Below, piece after piece: positions 36,095 to 48,135 of a stretch of 64,000 bases of DNA. Made by a program: the position numbers and the translations under genes. How positions within the stretch are numbered: the stretch's first letter is position 1; every line of letters begins with the position of its first letter. The stretch comes from Macrostomum lignano (taxonomy: Eukaryota), in assembly GCA_002269645.1 (NCBI GenBank), contig NIVC01002322.1, positions 1-64,000 on the forward strand, read 5' to 3'. The notes under the pieces were generated by a model. It ran no database searches and was not told the origin of the DNA. It worked only from the letters and a program-made list of their open reading frames with translations.

Positions 36095-37457
36095 ATGTCG
36101 GGCGATGCGCTAGCCTATAATGTTATATTCGTTCTGGGCAAGCCCGGCTGCGGCAAGGGCACGCAGAGTGACAAGATTGTGTCCGAGTTCGGCTATGGAC
36201 ACATGTCGGCTGGCGAGCTGCTTAGGATCGAAGTCCAGTCCGGCTCGCCGCACGGCGAAATGATTTCCCAGAGAATGCGAGATGGCCAGATTGTGCCAGT
36301 TGAAATCACCTGCAGCTTGTTGGAGAAGCGAATGGATACGCTTCACCAGGAGAAGGGACTGGTGTGTATGGCTCAGGACTAATCTAGTTTTCTTAGCATT
36401 AAGTCTTGCATTATTAAATATGCTCAAACTAACTCAAACTGCTGTAGAATCAAATCTGACCATCCATAATCAAGTCTCAGCATCTCACCATCCAGAATCA
36501 AATCTCAATAACAGGATCAAATCTCACTATCCAGAACCAAATCTCGCCATCCAGAATCAAATCTCACAATACCAGAACCAAAATTTCACCATCCAGAATC
36601 AAATCTCACAATCCCAGAATCAAATCTCACCATCCAGAATCAAATCTCACAATCCCAGAATCAAATCTCGCCATCCAGAATCAGATCTCACAATCCCAGA
36701 ATCAAATCTCACAATCCCAAAATCAAATCTCACAATCCCAGAATCAAATCTCGCCATCCAGAATCAGATCTCACAATCCCAGAATCAAATCTGGCCATCC
36801 AGAATCAAATCTCGCCATCCAGAATCAAATCTCACAATACCAGAACCAAAATTTCACCATCCAGAATCAAATCTCACAATCCCAGAATCAAATCTCACCA
36901 TCCAGAATCAAATCTAACAATTCCAGTATCAAATCTCACCATCCAGAATCAAATCTCACAATCGAAGAATCAAATCTCACAATCCCAGAATCAAATCCCA
37001 CCATCCAGAATCAAATATCACAATCCCAAAATCAAATCTCAACATCTATAATAAAATCTCAATGCGTGAATCAAATCCCATAATCTCGGCATTTAGCCTG
37101 ATTGATCATTTTCCTCAACCCGCCCAGGTAAACTTCATCATAGACGGATTCCCTCGCAACAAGGACAACCTGGACGGCTGGAATCGCCAGATGTCAACCA
37201 AAGCCATTGTCCGCTGCGTCCTGCTCATCGACGCTTCTGACGACGTCTGCGCCGGTCGCTGTCTCGGCCGTGGCAGCGGTCGCCTGGACGACAATGAGGC
37301 CACACTGCGCAAACGGTTTCAATCGTTTGTTCGCGACACCATGCCAATACTGGATCACTACGATCAGGCGGGCCTGGTGTTCAAAGTCAACGGCGAGCTT
37401 GAGCCCGATCGAGTGTTTGACCAGGTCAGACAGGTGTTTGAGAAATTGAAAAAATAA
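36095..37457 (+). CDS. CMPK1: UMP-CMP kinase (adenylate kinase family)
   Basis: Exons 36095-36361 and 37128-37457. P-loop VLGKPGCGKGTQ, HMSAGELLR, GQIVPVEITC, FIIDGFPRN, R.DDN...LRKRF. The frame is also open just upstream, so the N-terminus may be longer. Confidence 0.93.
36440..37080. repeat. ~21-bp intronic minisatellite (catccagaatcaaatctcac)
   Basis: Fills the CMPK intron. Confidence 0.93.
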
Positions 37458-38050
37458 AAACTGAATTTGCTATCTGTTGCAGGGCTGTGCCAGCCTAGGT
37501 TTTTCCTGACCCTAGGTAGTTCCTCCTTTTTGAAATCCAAGCAATTTTTATCGTCTCAGCAATGGCGTTGGGCTTAGTAGTTTTTTTTGTACACAGGAAC
37601 TTCTGGATACCTGGATTAGAAGCAGACCCGTTCTTGCCCCAGAAACTTTATTCATCATTGGCCATCCGAACTGCCTTAACTGCATACAGTGGGTTAACTC
37701 ACTACTCTTCCACTCTATCAATCTCTTTTAAATGAAGTTCAGGTCAGCATTTTTATTCAGGTTTCAGTGTTCTTCGGGTTTAGTAGAGCTAATACTAATA
37801 ATATAATACTACTGTTAAGTAGTTTTCTCGGTTGTGGCTTGATCTATTTGTACCACAAGAATAGCTGGATGTCACTCGCAAAAAATGCGCTCATCTGCTC
37901 TTTCGAGTCGATGGAAATTAGCACTAAGACTCAATGGTTGCGCAGGAAAACATGAAAAACCAAATCCAAAATCCTGTGCGTGTGCATAGCGCGCATAGAG
38001 AAAAAGCTGATGTCTCAGCCCCCAGCCAGGCTGATTTACAATTTAGCTTG

Positions 38051-38350
38051 TGACTTTAACTTCTCTCCTTACTGCTCTCTCATTGGCTGAGCTAGATTGG
38101 GCCTGTCCCCTAGTCTGAGTTTCGTCTGCCTGACTTTGACCTCTCTCCTTACCGCTCTCTCATTGGCTGAGCTAGATTGGGCCTGTCCCCTAGTCTGAGT
38201 TTCGTCTGTCTGACTTTGACCTCTCTCCTTACCGCTCTCTCATTGGCTGAGCTAGATTGGGCCTGTCCCCTAGTCTGAGTTTCGTCTGTCTGACTTTGAC
38301 CTCTCTCCTTACCGCTCTCTCATTGGCTGAGCTAGATTAGGCCTGTCCCT
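38051..38350. repeat. 80-bp tandem repeat x~3.5
   Basis: ctctctcctt recurs at 38141, 38221 and 38301. Confidence 0.93.
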
Positions 38351-39519
38351 AGGCAGAGTTTTTTGCCCTCTTGCCTTCACTTTTGCACATCGAGTTAACT
38401 GTTTGTTTTTCACTCTTAAGCTCCTCCTACGCTCCGAGGGCCACAAACCCCGAAGGAAAGGAAATTTTTAGCTGCCGCATTGAATTTAAGTGACACCACG
38501 CAGAGAAACTTCTGAATAATAGTAGAAAAGGTAGACTTTTTCATAACTTTAATTGCAAGTGGCATATCAGTTATTTAACTGTAATAGCTGTGGTTTGTGC
38601 TTACTGGAACTATTTTCCTAACGCTATAATTGTAGAGAATGGTTATCTACAAATCTATTACCGTAAGCCTACTACATCCATTTAGTGCGCTTATAGTTGA
38701 TCGATTGTTTTATACTATTCAATTATATTTTCAATTGATTTTTAAAAAAAAACCATTTCCTTGCGATACTGTCGTGCAAGTACTCCGTATGCGCAAGTCA
38801 GGCACATATGGTTATAGTAGTTCTCCGTGTGTCACAAACGCTTACGTTGCAGTTTTATTCTAGAATAAACCAGATATACTACTTATGTTTACAATTACGT
38901 ATTTTATTGCTTTATATGTATTGCCTACCTTATCTGTATTGTATAACTGACTTTGGTGAATTTGTTTTTCATTTAAAAGATAGCCATAATAACTGTTTAG
39001 TTTTAGTAGTGCAGATATACAAAAAACCTTTGTTGTTTAAAATAAAAGAGCAGCAAATTAAAACTGATCTTTATATGCGTGTCGGCGTTACACTGCACAA
39101 CCTTTACTTTACTTTATGGGCATATTTGACCGATGCTTCCTGTCTGAGTTATTTATGGCATTACCACTGTACCTTGTTATATTATAGTGGATTCCAGTTT
39201 TCTTGCGACACAGTCGTAACGGCCTGCTTATCGGCGGCAACAACTCGTTCTGTATGAATTCACCTCACTGTCATCATCCTACTGTCACCCACCTCACTTT
39301 CACCCACTTACGGTAACCCACGGTCACCCTGCTATTCCGTAACTAACCCATCACTCAACAACTAACTCCGTCTTCATTATACTGCTTTGCAAGCCGAAAA
39401 AGACTTGAAAATTCAACTCAAGATTTTCATCAAGTAGATCTTCTAATCCCTACACATGGAAACCAGTAGCCTCAACATCTTATTGGAATAGCGAATTTTC
39501 AGTGCTTCAATTAGTTACC

Positions 39520-41514
39520 ATGGCAACAACGTCAGGCGCCGACACCGCGCAATCCCAATCGGAAGAGCAGGCTGCCAAACTGCCGCAGATGAGCTTCCGC
39601 TATCTGGGCCAGAGTGGCGTGAAAGTGTCCGCCCTGTGCATGGGCACCATGACGTTCGGGGCCGGGCAGCGGCCTGGCAACACAGACGAGTCCGGCTCGC
39701 ACGCCCTGCTCGATCAGTTCGTCCAAGCTGGAGGCAACTTCATCGACACGGCCGATGTGTACAACAGCGGCGAATCGGAGCGGATCATTGGCTCTTGGCT
39801 AGCCGCCAGATCTTGCCGACAATCCGTGGTGTTGGCCACCAAGTTCTACGGCCCTGTGGACGATTCGAGCCAGGATCAGAATTGTCGGGGCGCATCCAGG
39901 CGGCACATGATCGCCGCTCTGGATGCCAGTCTGGAGAGGCTTGCCACCGACAGGGTGAGTGGCCTGCTGCTGTTCAACGCCCGCACCCACCACTGTCTGT
40001 TCTAACACCCACCTCACTCCCTGTCCGAACACCCACCTCACTCCCTGCCCCAACACCACCTCACTCCCTGCCTCAACACCACCTCACTCCCTGCCCCAAC
40101 ACCCACCTCACTCCCTACCCCAACACCCACCTCACTCCCTGCCCTAACATCCACCTCACTACCTGCCCCAACACCCACCTCACTACCTGCCTTAACACCC
40201 ACCTCACTCCCTGCCTCAACACCCACCTCACTCCCTGCCCCAACAATCACCTTACTCCCTGCCCCAACACCCAGCTCACTCTCCGCCTAAACACCCACCT
40301 CGCTTCTACTTTAAATTAACAACATATTATCTTTAGTAACAAACAAAATAGTCGACATCTGTCCTTCCAACCAACAAGGTGGACCTGCTGCAGCAGCACT
40401 GTTTCGACGCGGCCACGCCTCTTGAAGAGACTCTGCGTACAGCTCACGACCTGATCCGCTCAGGCCGGGTGCACTACTTTGGCGTTAGCAATTTTAGCGG
40501 CTGGCAATTGCAGAAAGCAGTCTGCACCAGCGAGAGGTTGGGCCTGGAGCCGGTGCTGTGCCTACAGCAGCAGTACAGTCTGCTGTCCAGGCAGGTCGAA
40601 CTCGAACTGCTGCCAGTGTGCGCCAACGAAGGTGTCGGCCTACTAGCTTGGAGTCCGCTGAAGGGCGGTCTGCTTACAGGTTGGGAGAATTTTCCATTTT
40701 CCAATGCTCTGTATATACGGTATTCTGTGATTCTTTTGGGAAAGGTAAATTTTTTAAAAGAATATTTCAGTCTTCAATTTAAACCATCATGAAACGTCTG
40801 GGGTAAATCTGTCAACGCTATTCGTACTCATAAGGGCAACATTACTCATAAGAGTCATTGCACCACCTCACTAGCGACTCTAGCGATTCTGGGGCGTCTA
40901 ATGCGACGGAGAGGCGACTGTTGCGTCACAAGCGCGTCACGTGAGTTGTAGAATCGTAAAGAGTCGCGAAAAAGTCGTCCGAAAGTCATGTTAGCGTTTT
41001 AACTTTCTACTTAGCGAAACTCCCTGCCTTATTACATCTCTTGCATATCTTATGCGTTCAATTCGCAGGCAAATTCTCTCGACCGAACGAGACCTCAGCC
41101 GGCGCTGCCACTGCGACAGCACCCGATGCCAGCACCCGGGTTGGTTGGGGTGCCACGGTAGGCTTTGCCAACGAGGCTAACCCCAGTTGGGCCAAGTTTT
41201 CCGCCGATCCCGCCTATTGGCGCGTCATGGAGGCCGTCAACAGTGTTGCTTCTAAACGCGGGGTGTCGCCTAGCCAGGTTGCCCTTCGCTGGCTGCTGCA
41301 CCAACCCGCCGTAACCTCCGTCATTATCGGCGCCAAGACGCCAACTCAGCTAGCTGAGAATCTGGCCTGCGAAAGTTGGCGTCTGACAGCTGACGAGCTG
41401 AAATCTTTAACTATGGCGTCCGATGTTGAACGAGTCTATCCCTACGAGATGCAGGCTAGAAATGCGGCGGCGGCTGACCGGCTCAGAGTTAGAAATGCCA
41501 ACTGCGTCTGGTAG
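39520..41514 (+). CDS. Aldo-keto reductase (YajO/aryl-alcohol dehydrogenase-like subgroup)
   Basis: Exons 39520-39954, 40379-40679, 41069-41514. Motifs LCMGTMTFG, GGNFIDTADVY, VVLATK, YFGVSN, QQQYSLL, AWSPLKGGLLTGK, QVALRWLL, IIGAKT. Confidence 0.93.
39998..40310. repeat. ~21-bp intronic minisatellite (aacacccacctcactccctgcccc)
   Basis: In AKR intron 1. Confidence 0.9.
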
Positions 41515-42082
41515 ACTGGAATGGTTGTCTTGATTGGCATGGGGTTGTTGTCTTGAATTAGCATTGGTGTGTTTAAACTTGGTGTGGGGTGGGTGCTTTT
41601 TATCGGTGTGGGTGGGTAATGGCTATACTTAATTTTCATTAAGTGACTCTTGGCTTGGACTTGGCGTGGAATGGGTGTACTTAATCGGCGTGGGGTGGGT
41701 GGCTTGAATTTGGCGTTAAGTGTTAGGTTCGTAGTTTTTTAATTCGAGTGTATGTACCAACGTTGTATGGAAATAAATGATTCTTTTTTTGTGAAGTTCT
41801 TTGTCATATTAATTTGTTTTATTTAGCTTTATTGCCTTCACAAATTTTACGGTTTCGCCTAGATTTTCATTACTGCCTACTTCGATTGTAGTACCTCTTT
41901 CTGTGCAAATTGTTTATGAAATACATTTTTTATAGATGAAATCAACGAATTGATTGAATCAATGAGAAATCAATTCTCAATTCTTTACTTTGTTTTGCTT
42001 ATAGGCATATGGACTCGGCAGAAGTTTAAATTTTTTAAGTGCAAGTTAGTTAAGCAAAATATTATTAGATTAGAGAAATTTG

Positions 42083-42390
42083 GGCGTTGGTGATGAGCGT
42101 GCGTACACTGGGGTAGAGAATGAGGGGTTGGCGATGAGCGTGCGTGCACTGGGGTAGAGAATGACGGGTTGGTGATGAGCGTGCGTACACTGGGTTAGAG
42201 AATGAGGGGCTGGTGATGAGCGTGCGTACACTGGGTAGAGAATGAGGGGTTGGTGATGAGCGTGCGTACACTGGAGTAGAGAATGAGGGGTTGGCGATGA
42301 GCGTGCGTACGTACACTGGGGTAGAGAATGAGAGGTTGGCGATAAGCGTGCGTATATTTGGGGTAGTGAGTGAGAGGTTGGTGATAGGCA
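42083..42390. repeat. ~42-bp tandem repeat (gatgagcgtgcgtacactggggtagagaatgaggggttggt)
   Basis: About 7 units visible. Confidence 0.9.
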
Positions 42391-42500
42391 GTAAGAAATC
42401 TCGACGCTCTTCAATACTGTTGACTTGAAATATTTGTATTAAATGAGGTATTGTTAAAAGTGGAGTTTCCCTGGCGCTTACAGCAGTTGAGTTGGCTGAG

Positions 42501-43882
42501 ATGGCTGAGCTGGACATCGGCTTGCACTGCTGCCAGCCCGACTGCAATCAGCTGGACTTTCTCCCAATCTGTTGCCAAGGCTGCCACCGCGTGTTCTGTC
42601 GCGAGCACGCCTCCCTGACGTTGCACGCCTGCCCGCAGGAGTTCGTCGTCCCCGGTCCGGCTTGCGAGACGCCGCCGACAACCTCGCCATCCAATTTGCA
42701 GCGAGAGGCCAACTGCGCCGCCTGCGACCGGCTCATCGCCGCGCCGATTCAGTGCGCCGCCTGCGGGGCTTTCGTCTGCGTGGCGCATCGATTTAGCGAC
42801 TCGCATCCGTGCGAGCGTTGGCAGCGTCCAGTTGGTGAGCAGGACCCGGCAGCAGCGGTGAGCAAATCCAAACTGAGCGACGACCTGCTTGAGCAGCTGC
42901 GCCAAGCCGACAGCAGGAAATCTGCTGAGCCGGCCAAGCCGCACCGACTGCGGCAGCCCGGACAGGAGCGGAAGGAGCGGCAGTTGGCGCTGATGAAGCT
43001 GAGACTGTCGGCTGTTGGGGATAAGTCTGTGCCGCAGGCGGACAGAGTGTACTTTATGGTGAGAGCTGGCTCTAGGAAATCTGTGTTTGTATTGAGCGGA
43101 GGCTTGGTTCTGCATTGAAAGATTGTTCAGGGTTGGGTGTACATTGTACTGAGTGTACATTGAGGAGTGGATAGGGTGGGATGTACACTGAAGAGTGGAT
43201 AGGGTGGGATGTACACTGAAGAGTGGATAAGGTTCAATGTACATTAAGGAGTGATAAGGCTGAATGTACATTGAAGAGTGAACAGGGTTCAATGTACATT
43301 AAAGAGTGGATTGGGTTCAATGTACATTGAAGAGTGGATTGGGTTCAATGTACATTGAAGAGTGGATTGGGTTCAATGTACATTAAAGAGTGGATAGGGT
43401 TCAATGTACATTGAAGAGTGGATAGGCTTCAATGTACATTGAAGAGTGGATTGGGTTCAATGTACATTAAAGAGTGGATTGGGTTCAATGTACATTAAAG
43501 AGTGGAAGGGCTGAATGTAAATTTAATTGCAAATCTGCAAATCCCTTCTCTTCAGGTTCAACCAGACATTCAAAAGCAGCAGCAGCAGCCGCTTCCAGTC
43601 TTCTTCTCCCGACACTGGCCAGTCGGCAAAGCGACTGACAGTCTTGCAGCTCGCCTTGGTGTGCCGCCTGTGCGCAAACTGCAGCAGCAGCAGTCGACAG
43701 CGGATCAGCGGCTCTCGCTGCTGCCGCTGGCAGGTGCAGACTCCAACTCTATGCCGGGTGCTCCCCTGCCTGCTGGCGACAGTCTGGCAACTTGCCTGCA
43801 GCGTGGCAACTTCGCAGAAGGGGATCGTCTGCTCCTGACCTACTGGCCGCCTGCTCCTGACCTACTGGCCGTCTGTTCCTGA
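42501..43882 (+). CDS. ZFAND1: AN1-type zinc finger protein 1 (two AN1 fingers plus ubiquitin-like domain)
   Basis: Exons 42501-43058 and 43556-43882. LDIG.HC...DC.QLDFLP..C..C...FC.EH, a second C..C/HRF..SH.C finger, ALMKL...A.GDKS.PQ..R.YF, FFSRHWPVGKA. Confidence 0.9.
43130..43510. repeat. ~29-bp intronic minisatellite (aatgtacattgaagagtggattgggttc)
   Basis: In the ZFAND1 intron. Confidence 0.9.
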
Positions 43883-43971
43883 CCTACTGGCCGTCTGCTC
43901 CTGACCTACTGGCCGTCTGCTCCTGACCTACTGGCCGCCTGCTCCTGACCTACTGGCCGTCTGCTCCTGAC
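43829..43971. repeat. 22-bp tandem repeat overlapping the ZFAND1 stop
   Basis: ctgctcctgacctactggccgt x~6.5. Confidence 0.9.
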
Positions 43972-44109
43972 TCTTCTAGGCCGGGCTTGGCCTGCCAAGC
44001 ATCTTCCTGAACTTGCTGCTCTAATTCTGTCACAGCCCTCTCTTAGCCCTGTCTGACCTTTATTGATCCCTGTTGACTTTAAATGACCTCATTAAAACCA
44101 AATATGAGC

Positions 44110-44450
44110 GTGTTGACACCTCTCTTGACACTATTTGACCCCCTCCCGTTGTCCCTATTTGACCCCCCTGCCTCTATTTAACCCCCCTCCTATTGTCCCT
44201 ATTTGACCCCCCCTCTGTCTTGTCCCTATTTGACCCCCTGCCTCTATTTAACCCCCCTCCTATTGTCCCTATTTGACCCCCCTCTGTCTTGTCCCTATTT
44301 GACCCCCTGCCTCTATTTAACCCCCTCCTATTGTCCCTATTTGACCCCCCTCTGTCTTGTCCCTATTTGACCCCCTCTCTTGTTCTTATTTGACCTCCTT
44401 TTTGTCCTTTTATGACCCTCTCTCGCTCTTGACTCCGTTTGACCTCTATT
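44110..44450. repeat. C/T-rich tandem repeat (tatttgacccccc..)
   Basis: Direct inspection. Confidence 0.85.
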
Positions 44451-44726
44451 CAACCCTAGATCAGATAATCTCTCTCTAACTAATTTGATTTCTATATACC
44501 AAATGTACCAGAAAATAAAAATAATTTTAATTTCAGTCTCATATTGTTTTGAAAATCTTTAAAATCAGTTTCATAAAAATTTTTGGCTTCGATGCAGTTT
44601 TGCACTATTCACTACCAGCTCCCAGTTCATGTAAAATTTCAGATTTTACATTAATTACGATAAAGCATGCGATCCTGACTTGCAATTGTTGTAATGATCA
44701 ACTATAACGACAATAAAATCAAAGCT

Positions 44727-47084
44727 ATGACGTCATCATCTCCAGCCGCGCTGCCGCCACTGCCGCTGTCCCGGGTGCAGCAGGCAGACCCGGCCTGCAC
44801 TGAACTGCTGGAGCTGTCGCTGGGCCCGTGCGATTTCTATATGCGCGGCACTGACGGCTTGTGGACCAAATGCCTGACTGAGCGAGATGGGGAGCAGGTG
44901 AGCCCTGTGGGATTGGTTCTGCCATTTCATTAACCTCGTCATCATTCTCTTAACTTTGTGCGCCAATCTCATCATCATCGGCGCCATTCTCATCATCATC
45001 GGCGCCAACCTTATCATCATCGGCGCCATTCTCATCATCATCGGCGCCAATCTCATCATCATCGGCGCCATTCTCATCATAATCGGCGCCATAATCTTCA
45101 TCATCATCGGCGCCATAATCTTCATCATCATCGGCGCCATAATCTTCATCATCGGCGCCATAATCTTCATCATCATCAGCGCCAATCTCATCATCATCGG
45201 CGCCAATCTCATCATCATCGGCGCCATAATCTTCATCATCATCGGCGCCATAATCTTCATCATCATCATCATCGGCGCCATAATCTTCATCATCATCGGC
45301 GCCATAATCTTCATCATCGGCGCCATAATCTTCATCATCATCAGCGCCAATCTCATCATCATCGGCGCCATTATCTTCATCATCGGCGCCATAATCTTCA
45401 TCATCATCAGCGCCAATCTCATCATCATCGGCGCCAATCTCATCATCATCGGCGCCAATCTCATCATCATCGGCGCCATAATCTTCATCATCATCGGCGC
45501 CATAATCTTCATCATCATCATAATCGGCGCCATAATCTTCATCATCATCGGCGCCATAATCTTCATCATCGGCGCCATAATCTTCATCATCATCAGCGCC
45601 AATCTCATCATCATCGGCGCCATAATCTTCATCATCGGCGCCATAATCTTCATCATCATCAGCGCCAATCTCATCATCATCGGCGCCATAATCTTCATCA
45701 TCGGCGCCATAATCTTCATCATCATCAGCGCCAATCTCATCATCATCGGCGCCAATCTCATCATCATCGGCGCCATAATCTTCATCATCATCGGCGCCAT
45801 AATCTTCATCATCATCATCATCGGCGCCATAATCTTCATCATCATCGGCGCCATAATCTTCATCATCATCGGCGCCATAATCTTCATCATCATCGGCGCC
45901 ATAATCTTCATCATCATCGGCGCCATAATCTTCATCATCATCGGCGCCATAATCTTCATCATCATCGGCGCCATAATCTTCATCATCATCGGCGCCATAA
46001 TCTTCATCATCATCGGCGCCATAATCTTCATCATCATCGGCGCCATAATCTTCATCATCATCGGCGCCATAATCTTCATCATCATCGGCGCCATAATCTT
46101 CATCATCATCATCATCGGCGCCATAATCTTCATCATCATCATCATCGGCGCCATAATCTTCATCATCATAAGCCACACTATTTGCGCCATCCTCGGTCAC
46201 AACAGCCGCCCCTCCCACTCGCCCCGCATAGGTCCGCCTGGTGCTGTACAGCCGGTCGGGCTCGCCTCGGCACGCTCTGGCCGTGATTGGCTGCGGCCCG
46301 ACCGACCGGCTGCAGCCGCTGGCCTCCGCAGCAGCCGCCGATTGGCCCCGCGCCCAGCCGCCGTTTCTGTTGTTCGGCAGCGGCCAATGGGGCGTCTGGT
46401 TTCGCGACGAGGCCGACTGCCAACGGATGGCGAAACGGCTGGCCCAGCTGGCGGACGGCGCGGCCGAGGTGGCCACCGCTCAGCAGGCCGAGACTGGAGA
46501 TGGCGCGCTGTCTGCCAGCGAGAGCATAGTGGAGATGCTGGGCAGAGCGCAGGCGCAGTACGAGGCGACAGCAGCGGCCGGTCAGGGAGCTCAGGCCTGC
46601 GAGATGGTGAGCTGCGGATGCTGGTGCTGCTGTCTGGTGTGCATTCTTAGAATCCCGGTCCTGGGATCCTGATCCCCACTATGTTGCCGCCCCGGCCGCA
46701 GGTTGCCAGGCGGATCAGAGAGCAGCTCGGCCTGGCCCAGCCGGAGGACAATGCGGTGGCGGCGGCTGAGGCTTCGCCGGGCTCCGCCGACATCAACGTC
46801 GACACTCGTGCGGCAGCAGAAACTGGGGGGCTGGCTGCCGGCTGCCAATGGCGGGAGATCGGGCCTGTGCGTCCTGAGTGCTGGACTGACAGGCGATAGA
46901 CAGACAGACGACAGGCAGACAGACGGACAGACAGACGGACAGACAAACAGACAGACAGACAGGCAGACAGACAGACAGGCAGACAGACGGACAGACAGAC
47001 GGACAGACAAACAGACAGACAGACAGACAGGCAGGCAGACAGACGGACAGACAGACGGACAGACAAACAGACAGACAGACAGGC

Positions 47085-47132
<48 letters not shown>

Positions 47133-47190
47133 GGACAGACAGACGGACAGACAAAAAGACAGACAAACAGACACTAAGACAGACAGACAC

Positions 47191-47241
<51 letters not shown>

Positions 47242-47680
47242 CAGGCAGACAGACAGACAGACACTAAGACAGACAGACACACAGACAGACAGACAGACAG
47301 ACAAAAAGACAGACAGACAGACAGACACAGGCAGACAGACAGACTAGTGCATCCAGACAGTGTACCCAGATTCCGGATTCATTTTGGATTCATTCATTCG
47401 TCAACTGCAGGCGTCGCCCCCGCCAGTGGAGGAGGAGTTCCTGCTGACCCCGGGCATGCTCGAGTCGCCTCGGTTGCCGCCGCCGCAACGAAGCCAGCCC
47501 GACGGCGAGGATACCTTTGCGGGCGACTTTGAAGCCGCTCCGACATCAGCGTTAACCGGGCAGATGCAGGACCTCCTGCGAGACAGCCTGACTCGCCTGC
47601 TGGACCAGGACGACGCTCTCATTGGCCTCTTGCACCAGGCCTACATTGCCAGCCTGCAGAAACGGCTTAGCAGCGTCTGA
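44727..47680 (+). CDS. DCP1: mRNA decapping activator DCP1-like (EVH1 domain plus C-terminal trimerisation helix), divergent
   Basis: Phase-0 exons 44727-44897, 46232-46606, 46702-46866, 47411-47680. L..VQQ.DP, W.K, LYSRSGSP.H, QPPFLL, GVWFRDEADCQRMAKRL. C-terminus MQDLLRDSLTRLLDQDDALIGLLHQAY. Confidence 0.8.
44956..46170. repeat. 1.2-kb (ATC)-based compound repeat in DCP1 intron 1
   Basis: Units of 18-30 bp, all multiples of 3 (atcatcatcggcgccataatcttc). Confidence 0.95.
46890..47345. repeat. (CAGA)n microsatellite in DCP1 intron 3
   Basis: Direct inspection. Confidence 0.97.
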
Positions 47681-47730
47681 CTGTCTGCTTCTAGTAGACA
47701 GTTGCCTGAATTTCTAGCGTTACATTCTCT

Positions 47731-48135
47731 GGATTGCTAGACTAGCCAATAAGGATAATTGATATAGAATGGATTGCTAGACTAGCCAATAAGGATAATT
47801 GATATAGAATGGATTGCTAGACTAGCCAATAAGGATAATTGATATAGAATGGATTGCTAGACTAGCCAATAAGGAAAATTGATATAGAATAGATTGCTAG
47901 ACTAGCCAATAAGGATAATTGATATAGAATGGATTGCTAGCCAATAAGGATAATTGATATAGAATGGATTGCTACACTAGCCAATAAGGATAATTGATAT
48001 AGAATGGATTGTTACACTAGCCAATAAGGATAATTGATATAGAATGGATTGCTAGACTAGCCAATAAGGATAATTGGCATAGAATGGATTGCTAGACTAG
48101 CCAATAAGGATTAATGGAAATAGAATTGATTTCTA
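47731..48135. repeat. 40-bp tandem repeat x~10 (ggattgctagactagccaataaggataattgatatagaat)
   Basis: 40-bp periodicity visible. Confidence 0.95.

Noticed and set aside
44736-46650. Met-rich, Ile-rich and His-rich ORFs
   Set aside because: Other frames of the (ATC)-based intronic repeat.
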